Shown piece by piece: positions 1 through 8,219 of a stretch of DNA of 64,000 nucleotides; the first letter of the stretch is position 1; every line of letters begins with the position of its first letter. The notes beneath the pieces were generated by a model, which did not search any database, was not told where the DNA came from, and saw only the letters and a program-made list of their open reading frames with translations. Made by a program: the position numbers and the translations under genes. Source of the DNA: an uncultured Bacteroidia bacterium (GTDB lineage Bacteria; Bacteroidota; Bacteroidia; J057; CALLMJ01); contig CAZBPK010000022.1 in assembly GCA_964493765.1 (NCBI GenBank), positions 9,958 through 73,957 of the forward strand, written 5' to 3'.

Positions 1-1077
1 AATACTTTGAAAATCTGCTATCACTCTTGGAAATTCATTTTCACCTAAAGAATGAACTTTTTTAGAAGGTTTTCTTTGAAAGTCAAAAGGATTTAGTAGA
101 AAAGTAAAATTTTGAAAATCGGTTAAATAATTAGGATACAAACTAACCCAATGGTCTAAATTATCTTTTTGATTTTGAAAATGATGAAGAATTGCTTTTG
201 CAACGGGAATTTCTGCTTCGGGAGGTTCTGTTAAAGAAACGCGAATGGTATCTCCCAAACCATCCGCTAATAAAGTACCAATTCCAATGGTGGATTTAAT
301 ACGACCATCAGCACCATCACCAGCTTCTGTTACTCCTAAATGAAGTGGATACAAATATTTTGTTCTACCATTTAACATTTCATACACTAGTAAACGGTAA
401 GCATAAACCATAACTTGAGTATTAGAAGCTTTCATGGAAATTACAATATCATGGAAATCCTCTTTTTCACAAAAATGAATAAATTCTAAAGCAGATTCCA
501 CCATTCCTTTAGGGTTGTCGCCATAAAAACTCATAATTCTATCCGACAAAGAACCATGGTTTGTGCCAATTCTCAAAGCAGTTTTAAATTTTTTAAGGAT
601 TTTTAGAAGGGGTTGAAATTTTTTTTCAATTTTTTGAAGTTCATTTTGATATTCTTCTTGGGTATAATCAATTTGTTCAAATTTTTTTTTGTCAGCGTAA
701 TTACCGGGATTAATACGGACTTTTTCAACAATTTGAGCAGCTAATTCTGCTGCATTGGGAGTAAAATGAATATCCGCAACTAATGGAGTTTGATAACCTC
801 TTTTCCTTAATTCATTTTTGATATTTTCTAAATTTTGGGCTTCTTTTTTGGAAGGAGCTGTAATTCGTATTAATTCGCAACCCGCTTCTATCATTCTAAT
901 AGACTCCTCTACTGTTGCTTGGGTATCTAAGGTATCTGCAGTAGTCATAGACTGAACAACTATAGGATTAATACCTCCCATTTTGACATTACCTATCAAT
1001 ACTTCATGAGTTTTTAAACGATAGGGATAAATCCATGAATGGCAATAATGATGAACACAACAAAAATCAGGATTCAT
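1..1077 (-). CDS. ispG: 4-hydroxy-3-methylbut-2-enyl diphosphate synthase IspG/GcpE, N-terminal part (3' end lies beyond window start)
   Basis: Absent from the ORF track because it runs off the window edge. My minus-strand translation from the ATG (complement of 1075-1077) reads MNPDFCCVHHYCHSWIYPYRLKTHEVLIGNVKMGGINPIVVQSMTTADTLDTQATVEESIRMIEAGCELIRITAPSKKEAQNLENIKNELRKRGYQTPLVADIHFTPNAAELAAQIVEKVRINPGNYAD, the conserved IspG N-terminal TIM-barrel region. ATGA stop/start overlap with the upstream nifU-like gene. Confidence 0.85.
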   Translation of the reverse strand, partial: MNPDFCCVHHYCHSWIYPYRLKTHEVLIGNVKMGGINPIVVQSMTTADTLDTQATVEESIRMIEAGCELIRITAPSKKEAQNLENIKNELRKRGYQTPLVADIHFTPNAAELAAQIVEKVRINPGNYADKKKFEQIDYTQEEYQNELQKIEKKFQPLLKILKKFKTALRIGTNHGSLSDRIMSFYGDNPKGMVESALEFIHFCEKEDFHDIVISMKASNTQVMVYAYRLLVYEMLNGRTKYLYPLHLGVTEAGDGADGRIKSTIGIGTLLADGLGDTIRVSLTEPPEAEIPVAKAILHHFQNQKDNLDHWVSLYPNYLTDFQNFTFLLNPFDFQRKPSKKVHSLGENEFPRVIADFQSI

Positions 1078-1304
1078 AGAACAGCCTCCACTTTTTTTAT
1101 TTCGGGTATAGATTTAATAATCGTTTGTTCCAATCCTGCTTTCATGGTCATGGTGTTCATATTACAGTTTTCGCAATTTCCTAACAATTTGACTTTCAAT
1201 ACATCTCCTTCAATATCAATTACTTGAACATCACCACCATCGGATTGTAGATAAGGTCTTACAGTATCTAAAACCTCCTCAATTCTTTCAATAAGCGTTT
1301 TCAT
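1074..1304 (-). CDS. NifU-like (Nfu-type) Fe-S cluster carrier domain protein
   Basis: ORF 1074-1337. LIERIEEVLDTVRPYLQSDGGDVQVIDIEGDVLKVKLLGNCENCNMNTMTMKAGLEQTI matches the NifU C-terminal domain pattern with a CxxC pair. The track start at 1337 is GTG; the ATG at 1304 (MKTLIERIEE) is preferred. Confidence 0.8.
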   Translation of the reverse strand: MKTLIERIEEVLDTVRPYLQSDGGDVQVIDIEGDVLKVKLLGNCENCNMNTMTMKAGLEQTIIKSIPEIKKVEAVL

Positions 1305-1565
1305 GACTACAAATCTAATACGATTTTTATTGAACACAAAATAGCAACAAAAAATTCTTATAAGCGTTTATAACCATTTAGTTCAGACCTGTCCGCAAGC
1401 AAAAAGATTAAGTAAAACGAAAAAATATGTTGTCATTTGGATTTTTATTACATTTATCGTTAACTGTTTTGTCGCTTGGCGCGGTGGGGGATTTTGGAGT
1501 ACTTGATTTAACCAAGTCAGTCCCCATTGCGGCAAACGGCTTCTTGTCCTTCGTCTGCTTTGTTG

Positions 1566-2105
1566 TTAGTTGTCTGTACGTTTGTAATGTAGTTGAGTTA
1601 GTCCGGTGTCAAATGTTTTTACGTTTACAAGCTTCAGCTTTTGTTCAGGTCTGTTGTCTTTAAAAAGTCTTGTTCCGTTACCAACTAATATTGGAATAAC
1701 CGAAATTATTATTTCGTCCAATAAGTCGTTTTTTAAAAGTTCGTTTACTATTTCTGCTCCACCGTCACAAAAAACATTTTTACCTTTTTCACCTTTTAAT
1801 TTTCTCACTAATTCGGTCAAATCGCCTGAGTAAAAAGTTGTTTTGCCGATTGTCGGCCTTGATGTCCTTGTAATGATGTATGCGTTTTTGTCAGCGTGCG
1901 GAAACTCACCAACCTGTTTCCTTACCCAATCATAAGTTTTTCGTCCGAGTATTACGGTGTCAACGGTTGAAACAAAGTCTGCGTAACCATAGTCTTCTCC
2001 TTCTTTCTGAACTATTGAAAGAAAACTCAGGTCGTCATTTGGTTTAGCGATGTAGCCATCTAAACTCATTGCGATGTAAAGAATTACTTGTCTGTTATTA
2101 CTCAT
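1566..2105 (-). CDS. Dihydrofolate reductase family protein (RibD C-terminal-like domain)
   Basis: ORF 1566-2117. MSNNRQVILYIAMSLDGYIAKPNDDLSFL...VDTVILGRKTYDW...KNVFCDGGAEIVNELLKNDLLDEIIISVIPILVGNGTRLF is the typical RibD_C/DHFR-like pattern. The track start at 2117 is TTG; the ATG at 2105 is preferred. GC looks higher than in the flanks. Confidence 0.8.
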   Translation of the reverse strand: MSNNRQVILYIAMSLDGYIAKPNDDLSFLSIVQKEGEDYGYADFVSTVDTVILGRKTYDWVRKQVGEFPHADKNAYIITRTSRPTIGKTTFYSGDLTELVRKLKGEKGKNVFCDGGAEIVNELLKNDLLDEIIISVIPILVGNGTRLFKDNRPEQKLKLVNVKTFDTGLTQLHYKRTDN

Positions 2106-2246
2106 ATTATTTTTCAAAATATTTTTAATCGTTAGTAGTAAAGCTGTCGAATAATTGTCAGTCCTCTAACAAGTCCTTTTAGACCTATATTACTGTCCCC
2201 CGACAAAAATACGGAAAATATTTCCATTCGTGAAATTGAAGAGTTT

Positions 2247-2636
2247 TTATACCGCAAAATCAAACAGGACAACATATCTGCATCTTATCAAAAAACTTTG
2301 TGGGCGCCATTCAGTTTCTTTACCCTCTGCTCGTTTGCGAACAGACTCGTAGAATTTCTGTAGGGTTTCATCCTGCTGGGCAAAGTTACTACCTTTTTCC
2401 AAGGATTCAATCATGCTTTGCATAGCAACCGAAACGGCATTGGATTTTACAAAGGAATAGCCTTCAAAAAGAGCATCAAATATTGGTTGTGTAATAATGT
2501 GCTGTGCCAGCATTTCGATGGCTTGCTCTTCATTAATACTTGGGTTGATATTCTTTTGTAAACCCCTCAAGAATTTATCGAAAGCGGCACGTTGGTCTTT
2601 CTTTTCTTCAATGAGGTATTCATTTCCGGGTAATCT
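2247..2636 (-). pseudogene. Internal remnant (about 130 codons) of a large helicase-methylase restriction-type protein (type ISP-like family)
   Basis: The frame is open from 2636 with no plausible start. It reads RLPGNEYLIEEKKDQRAAFDKFLRGLQKNINPSINEEQAIEMLAQHIITQPIFDALFEGYSFVKSNAVSVAMQSMIESLEKG...LQKFYESVRKRAEG. I recognise this as the region between the helicase and methylase modules of Mrr-nuclease/SF2-helicase/MTase fusion enzymes. The C-terminal 25 codons look out of frame. It is truncated about 20 bp from repeat copy 1. Confidence 0.55.
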
Positions 2637-2659
2637 CTATTTTTTTAATAATATACTTT

Positions 2660-2790
2660 TTTGGGCGTGCCCCTTGCTATGCTGCGGGTCGGGCTGTTTT
2701 GGGCTTCGCTATCGCTTCGGCAATCCTTTGGATGCTCATACTTCGCAACCAAAGGCAGTGCCACTTTGTGCCCTTCACATCCCTCACGCA
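2660..2790 (+). repeat. GC-rich REP/MITE-like intergenic repeat, copy 1 (most divergent)
   Basis: ttgggcgtgccccttgctatgctgcgggtcgggctg...ggcagtgccactttgtgcccttcacatccctcacgca aligns by eye with copies at 11054, 28151, 32441 and 62046. Confidence 0.9.
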
Positions 2791-2911
2791 TTATCAAAAG
2801 CAAACTTTTTTTCACATATTTTTAATAGGATAATTTTTTATTAGGGTCAAAAAAAATTTGCAGTAAATAGATTTTTTTTATTTACTTTGTGGTTTAATAG
2901 AAAAAAGAAAA

Positions 2912-4618
2912 ATGGGTAAAGTCATTATAGATGGAAAAACTTATGAGTTTGAAGGAAAGCACTACTTACTTCAATTTGCATTGGATAATGGTGTAGAAAT
3001 TCCTTATTTTTGTTACCACCCTGCTATGTCATTGCCAACTAACTGTAGAATGTGTTTAGTAGAAACAGGCATGCCAATTATCAATCGTGAAACTAAACAA
3101 CCTGAATTAGATGAAAATGGAAATGTAAAAATTATGTGGGGTAGGAAGCCTTCAACAGCTTGTAATACTCCTCTCGCAGATGGAATGCATGTAAAAACTC
3201 ATAAAACCTCTAAAGTAGTAGAAAAAGCTCAAAAAGGTGTTTTAGAGTTTATGCTGATTAACCATCCCCTAGACTGCCCAATCTGTGACCAAGCAGGTGA
3301 ATGTCCTTTACAAATCAATACTTATAAATATGGTCCAGAAGGTTCTCGTTTTGAATTAGAAAAAGTTCATAAACCCAAAAGAATTCATTTAGGACCTCGT
3401 GTTGTTTTAGATGCTGAAAGATGTATCAATTGCACAAGATGCGTTCGTTTTTCTGAAGAAATATCAAAATCCAATCAATTAACTATTATTTCAAGAGGTG
3501 ATAAAAACTTTCCAGCAGCTGCTCCGGGTTTGGTATTTGACGACCCTTATTCAATGAACGTAATTGATATATGTCCTGTTGGTGCTTTAACTTCTGAATC
3601 TTTTCGCTTTAAAGCAAGAGTTTGGGAAATGAATTTTACACCCACTGTTTGCACTTCTTGTTCCAATAATTGCGCAGTAGATGTATGGGTACGTGATAAT
3701 GAAGTTCTTAGATTAACTCCTAGAAAAAATTTATCTGTAAACCAATATTGGATGTGTGATGATGGAAGATTGAATATTTCATGGTTAAATGAAAATCGTA
3801 TTTCTGGCGCAAAAGCGAAAGGTGATACCCCTATATCTATAGAAGATGCATTAAATGGCATTAAAGATTTACTCAGTCAGCATAAAGGAAAGGTTTTATT
3901 TATTGGTTCTGCGTTTTCAACATTAGAAAATCAATATGCTTTTAAGCAATTTGCAGGTGCTAATGGTTCTAATGAAGTTTTTTATGTTAAGCATATTGAT
4001 ACAAATTTTGGCGACAATTTCTTAAAGAAAAATGACAGAACTCCTAATGCTGCCGGTGCTGAATTAGTTGGCTTTAAGTCTATTTCTTTGGAAGAGTTGT
4101 CTGAAAAAATACAAAAAGTTGAAGTAGTTTATATTTTAGAAGACGATAAAACAGCAGAGGCTTTATCTAAACATGCTTCTCATAAGCCTTTTGTAGTTCA
4201 TGGTTTTAATTATGTGAAAGGTTATGAAAACTTTACTTATTTATTACCTGCTGCTACTCATACTGAACAAAATGGAGTATTTGTTAATGAAAAGCAAATT
4301 GCTCAAGTCTCGTTAATGGCTAGACAAATTAAAAGAATGACCCCTGATATGTGGATGTTATTACCCAAATCCCGTTTAGATGCTGGGGGTCAATTAACTG
4401 ATAATTGGAGAAATCCTGAGCATATTATTGATTGTTTACCTTCTTGGATGTTCTTCTCTTATATGTTCCCTGCTAATAAAGAACTGTTTAATCAAACCCA
4501 TTTGGAAATTTTTAATAAAATAAAATCCAAATTGCCGCTTATTAAGGACTTAAAATTACCCAAAAGACAAAGAAAAGAAGTATTCAAAATGAGCCAATTA
4601 GAATTTGCTCAAAAATAA
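2912..4618 (+). CDS. NuoG-like 2Fe-2S/4Fe-4S iron-sulfur oxidoreductase subunit (NADH-quinone oxidoreductase subunit G family)
   Basis: The N-terminus MGKVIIDGKTYEFEG...EIPYFCYHPAMSLPTNCRMCLVE (2Fe-2S ferredoxin-like) is followed by HPLDCPICDQAGECPLQ and CINCTRCVRF cluster motifs typical of NuoG/NADH-G. No other nuo genes are adjacent. Confidence 0.75.
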   Translation: MGKVIIDGKTYEFEGKHYLLQFALDNGVEIPYFCYHPAMSLPTNCRMCLVETGMPIINRETKQPELDENGNVKIMWGRKPSTACNTPLADGMHVKTHKTSKVVEKAQKGVLEFMLINHPLDCPICDQAGECPLQINTYKYGPEGSRFELEKVHKPKRIHLGPRVVLDAERCINCTRCVRFSEEISKSNQLTIISRGDKNFPAAAPGLVFDDPYSMNVIDICPVGALTSESFRFKARVWEMNFTPTVCTSCSNNCAVDVWVRDNEVLRLTPRKNLSVNQYWMCDDGRLNISWLNENRISGAKAKGDTPISIEDALNGIKDLLSQHKGKVLFIGSAFSTLENQYAFKQFAGANGSNEVFYVKHIDTNFGDNFLKKNDRTPNAAGAELVGFKSISLEELSEKIQKVEVVYILEDDKTAEALSKHASHKPFVVHGFNYVKGYENFTYLLPAATHTEQNGVFVNEKQIAQVSLMARQIKRMTPDMWMLLPKSRLDAGGQLTDNWRNPEHIIDCLPSWMFFSYMFPANKELFNQTHLEIFNKIKSKLPLIKDLKLPKRQRKEVFKMSQLEFAQK

Positions 4619-4683
4619 TTTCATTTTTTTTGTAACTTTTTAAAAATTTCAACGTATAATTGCATAACTAAACCATAAATTAT

Positions 4684-5295
4684 ATGTTTGAAAATTTAAT
4701 TAATAAAGTTCTTGGAATATTTAAAGGAGAAGTAGAAAAAAAAATATCTAATATTGTTTTTTCAAAAAGCATTTCAATTGATAATATTCCCCAAACAACA
4801 GAAGATTTTATAACATTTAGAGATAAACTTGCAACAACACCCGAAGGGGGAGTTGTTGCATTTTTAGTTGCTTGTTTAATTTATAATCAAAATGAGCAAA
4901 TTGGAAGAGAATGTATTATTATTCAAACAGATGCATCTCAATTACAACCTTCTAATGCTGGTTATAAGGGTTATGATTTAACATCATCAAATCATAACAT
5001 GATAATTCAACTAAGGCAAAAACCCTATATTATCAATTCATATATTCAAGGAACTTCATTTGAAAATGGATACTCACTTCCTAAATTACCGTTTAATTTT
5101 TCTATTGAGAAGAGTGAAGAAACTGATGGAGGAAAATATGTAAAAGTATTTGTCCGTTCTACTGGTGCTGATACAGCAAGACCTATTAGAATGAGTAAAA
5201 ATGATAAAGGGATTTGGAAAGGGATTGAGTTTTCTAGTTTGTTTGTTGGAGTGAATCCTCCCAAAAATAATGGTCCAAAAGCTGGAGATTTTTAG
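4684..5295 (+). CDS. Conserved hypothetical protein, paralogue 1 (no signal peptide)
   Basis: 203 aa. By-eye alignment suggests roughly 60% identity with the next ORF over about 170 aa (FITFRDK.ATTPEGG.VAF.VA...Y.QN...GREC.IIQTD.SQLQ.SN.GYKG.DLTSSN...STGAD.ARPI...KNDKGIWK..EFSS). I could not name a family. Confidence 0.6.
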   Translation: MFENLINKVLGIFKGEVEKKISNIVFSKSISIDNIPQTTEDFITFRDKLATTPEGGVVAFLVACLIYNQNEQIGRECIIIQTDASQLQPSNAGYKGYDLTSSNHNMIIQLRQKPYIINSYIQGTSFENGYSLPKLPFNFSIEKSEETDGGKYVKVFVRSTGADTARPIRMSKNDKGIWKGIEFSSLFVGVNPPKNNGPKAGDF

Positions 5296-5355
5296 GATTG
5301 GCACGGGTTTTGTCTTTGTACTAAAATTAAAAATTTAAACTTAAATTAAAATACC

Positions 5356-5946
5356 ATGAAAAAATTAGTTTTCTTATTCGCGTTATGTATTAGTTTTTTG
5401 GCTAATGCTCAAAAAACTATCACTGTAGACAAATTACCTAGCTCTACAGAAGAGTTTATTACTTTTAGAGACAAAATGGCAACGACCCCAGAGGGAGGTG
5501 CAGTTGCTTTTATTGTTGCTTCAATGCTTTATTCTCAAAACCCATCTATGGGAAGAGAATGTGTAATTATTCAAACCGATATGTCTCAATTACAACAATC
5601 TAATTCAGGATATAAAGGTTTTGACTTAACCTCTTCCAATAATTTTCAGTTAAAACAAATTGATAGCAGAAAACACATTCCTTTTTCTTATGTTCAAGGA
5701 ACAACCAATGAAAATGGTTATCAATTACCTGGTGGTGCAATGAAGTTCAAAATAGAACGCACCATGGATGCTGGTCCTAATATGATTAAAGTATTTGTTT
5801 GGTCCACAGGTGCAGATTCAGCTAGACCTATCACCTTAAAAAAGAATGATAAAGGTATTTGGAAACCAGTAGAATTTTCAAGCATTATGGTTGCGGTTCG
5901 TCCTCCAGTAGTAAAATCTAAAGGAGCTGTAGACGGCGACTTTTAA
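5356..5946 (+). CDS. Conserved hypothetical protein, paralogue 2 (secreted)
   Basis: 196 aa with an N-terminal signal peptide (MKKLVFLFALCISFLANAQ). Paralogous to 4684-5295. Confidence 0.65.
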   Translation: MKKLVFLFALCISFLANAQKTITVDKLPSSTEEFITFRDKMATTPEGGAVAFIVASMLYSQNPSMGRECVIIQTDMSQLQQSNSGYKGFDLTSSNNFQLKQIDSRKHIPFSYVQGTTNENGYQLPGGAMKFKIERTMDAGPNMIKVFVWSTGADSARPITLKKNDKGIWKPVEFSSIMVAVRPPVVKSKGAVDGDF

Positions 5947-5964
5947 TCTTACTAAAATATCAAT

Positions 5965-5997
5965 AAAAAAAGCATTCAGAAATGAGTGCTTTTTTTA
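5965..5997 (+). terminator. Rho-independent terminator
   Basis: The hairpin agcattca-gaaa-tgagtgct (5971-5990) is flanked by an A-run and followed by tttttt. Confidence 0.7.
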
Positions 5998-6052
5998 TTA
6001 TTTTTTTTAGCGTTAAATAAATTTTAATATTTTTTGACTTTTTCAATTAAAA

Positions 6053-6976
6053 ATGAAAACATATCTTTGCAATATGAAAAAGTCAATTTGCACTATTGGA
6101 ATATTTATACTCCTATTTTCTTTAGCATTCGGCAATCATGATAAAAATAAAAGATTGAAAAACAAAAGAATAGAAGAAATTTTAAAATTTCCAAAACATG
6201 TTTCTCATCTTAAAAAAATTAAAACTCACAATTTGAAAATTGAGAAAAATTTCTATGCTAATCATGAAAGAAATTATTATCTGATTTGTAATAATACTGA
6301 GCAGACCCATTATAAAAAAGCCATTTTTTATGTGCATGGAGGTGGTTGGATTTTAGGTAAACCTGAAAACCACTTAAAACTTGCAGAGTTATTAACTGAA
6401 CAAGGGTTTTTAGTGATTCTTGCTTCATACCGTTATGTATATCAAACTGAAGGAGTTGAAATTATTAATGACTTAAAAAAGGCTTTTCAAAATGCAAATG
6501 TTGTCATAAAGGAAAAATTTCCTGAAATTGAAAGTGTAATAATAGGTGGTGCTTCAGCAGGTGGAAATTTAGCAAGTTTACTTGCATTGTCAGATTTTGA
6601 AAGTCTTATTCCAATTAAAGGATTATTTTCTTTGTCCGGAGCATTAGATTTATCTGAAATGAAATATAACTCCATTATTAGAAGATTTGCAAAAGAACCA
6701 AATTCATTAGATTATCAATTAGTTAATCCAATATCTTATTTATCTAACTCAAAAAGTCAATTTCCCATATTGTGTATTCACGGTTCGCAAGATGGTTTAG
6801 TACCCGTTTGTTCAAGTAGCAATTTTGTGGAAGTTTCAAGAAGTAAGAGTTGCCATCCTACTGAGGTTTTTTATTTTAATGCTAATCATATAGATATTAC
6901 ATCAGCTTGGTATTATGATAACAACAAAAATTATGGGCAAAAAGAACTTTTGTTATCATGGCTACTAAGTTTATAA
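6053..6976 (+). CDS. Alpha/beta hydrolase (esterase/lipase, HSL-like)
   Basis: Has the HGGGW oxyanion motif (FYVHGGGWILG), the nucleophile elbow GGASAGGNLA, and a late HGSQDGLVP plus His. N-terminal hydrophobic signal/anchor. An alternative ATG lies at 6074. Confidence 0.8.
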   Translation: MKTYLCNMKKSICTIGIFILLFSLAFGNHDKNKRLKNKRIEEILKFPKHVSHLKKIKTHNLKIEKNFYANHERNYYLICNNTEQTHYKKAIFYVHGGGWILGKPENHLKLAELLTEQGFLVILASYRYVYQTEGVEIINDLKKAFQNANVVIKEKFPEIESVIIGGASAGGNLASLLALSDFESLIPIKGLFSLSGALDLSEMKYNSIIRRFAKEPNSLDYQLVNPISYLSNSKSQFPILCIHGSQDGLVPVCSSSNFVEVSRSKSCHPTEVFYFNANHIDITSAWYYDNNKNYGQKELLLSWLLSL

Positions 6977-7060
6977 TGGGTATTTTTTAAGTTTTAAAGG
7001 TAAATTTTTTTTAGGTACAAAATAAAATTGGCATTAACTTTGCCGTAATAAAACATAAAT

Positions 7061-7741
7061 ATGTTAAAAATGAGATTTTCTTTATTGTTATTGATTTCCT
7101 TAATGAGCTTAAAAGCTATAGCTCAAAGTTTTACAGGAACTATCACTTATGATTTTAAGATTTCTGGTCCAATGGCAGACCAAGTAAAAGGCATGATGCA
7201 AGAAAAGCAGATTATTAAAATCAAAGGTAATAATATGCGTCAAAGCATGAAAGGAGGAATGATGGCTCAAATGATGGGTGATATTATTTTCTTAGGTGAT
7301 AAAAAAGAAGCCTATATTCTTCAGCCTTCTGAGAAAAAAGCCTTAAAAATGGCAACTGATGAAATGAAAGAAGAAGGTGCAAAACCTAAAGTTACTAAAT
7401 TAAATGAAGTGGTGGATATTGCTGGCTATAAATGCCAAAAATATTCCATTGAAATTGAAAATGAACAACTTGGCGGTACTTTAACCGAATATGTTTGGGC
7501 AACAAAAGATATTCAAGTATCTAATCCAAAATCAGGATTGAAAACACAAAATTCTATTACAATGGAAGGTGTTGATGGTGTTGTATTAAAAATGGTTACA
7601 GATATGAATGGAATGTTTACCTTAACTATGATTGCAACACAGGTGCAAAAAGGCGATATTCCCGATTCAGAATTTACTTTACCCAAAGATTATAAAATTG
7701 AAAAATTTGATCCTAGTTCCTTTGGATTAGGAGGTAAATAA
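7061..7741 (+). CDS. Secreted DUF4412-like protein
   Basis: Signal peptide MLKMRFSLLLLISLMSLKAIAQ. The Met/Gly-rich region (MKGGMMAQMMGD) and overall pattern recall DUF4412 family proteins of Bacteroidota. Confidence 0.5.
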   Translation: MLKMRFSLLLLISLMSLKAIAQSFTGTITYDFKISGPMADQVKGMMQEKQIIKIKGNNMRQSMKGGMMAQMMGDIIFLGDKKEAYILQPSEKKALKMATDEMKEEGAKPKVTKLNEVVDIAGYKCQKYSIEIENEQLGGTLTEYVWATKDIQVSNPKSGLKTQNSITMEGVDGVVLKMVTDMNGMFTLTMIATQVQKGDIPDSEFTLPKDYKIEKFDPSSFGLGGK

Positions 7742-7758
7742 ATATAACTTATAATACG

Positions 7759-7791
7759 AAAAAAGCTGCCATAAAGGCAGCTTTTTTTTTT
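7759..7791. terminator. Bidirectional rho-independent terminator between convergent genes
   Basis: aaaaGCTGCC-ataaa-GGCAGCtttttttttt; A-run on one side, T-run on the other. Confidence 0.75.
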
Positions 7792-7805
7792 CAAAAACTA
7801 TTCTT

Positions 7806-8207
7806 TTACTTGTTTGGTGAATAAGGGACTAATAAAACAGGTTTTATTATAACTTCTTTATAGGTAGGTTCTTTTGTAGGAGTGGTATTGGTGAGGTTTA
7901 CTATCTTTTTTTCTGATGAAAAAGCCTTTTGTTCTTGAATAGGAACCAAATTTTTGCTTTCTTGAATTTCTTTTACAGCATTTTCCTGTGTAATTTGTCC
8001 CGGTAAATTCTCTATTCTTTTGTTGGACGGTTTTATAGTATTGAGTTCATAAGGAATTAAGTTATTTTGGATGTTAACCTGCTTTACTCCATCGTTAAAA
8101 CTTGGTGGAGTATTAACGCTATTTTTTGTTATGGAAATAGGTTCTTGAGAAAACCCCTTTAAAAATATAAGCTCAAAACCTAGAAACAATAAAAACGTGT
8201 GTTTCAT
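7806..8207 (-). CDS. Hypothetical secreted protein
   Basis: 133 aa with an N-terminal signal peptide (MKHTFLLFLGFELIFLKGFSQ). The remainder is low-complexity and I recognised no family. Confidence 0.4.
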   Translation of the reverse strand: MKHTFLLFLGFELIFLKGFSQEPISITKNSVNTPPSFNDGVKQVNIQNNLIPYELNTIKPSNKRIENLPGQITQENAVKEIQESKNLVPIQEQKAFSSEKKIVNLTNTTPTKEPTYKEVIIKPVLLVPYSPNK

Positions 8208-8219
8208 AAATTGTTAATA

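Noticed and set aside
2497-2844. ORF 2497-2844, and likewise 11019-11222 and 11153-11356, as hypothetical proteins.
   Set aside because: They are read-throughs of the GC-rich repeat copies (G/R/A/C-rich translations) and lack start context, so they are artefacts of the repeat.
2912-4618. Stand-alone nuoG-like gene as part of a novel respiratory module.
   Set aside because: No partner redox genes are adjacent, and the neighbours are unrelated. An isolated NuoG-family Fe-S protein is not in itself evidence of a new system.
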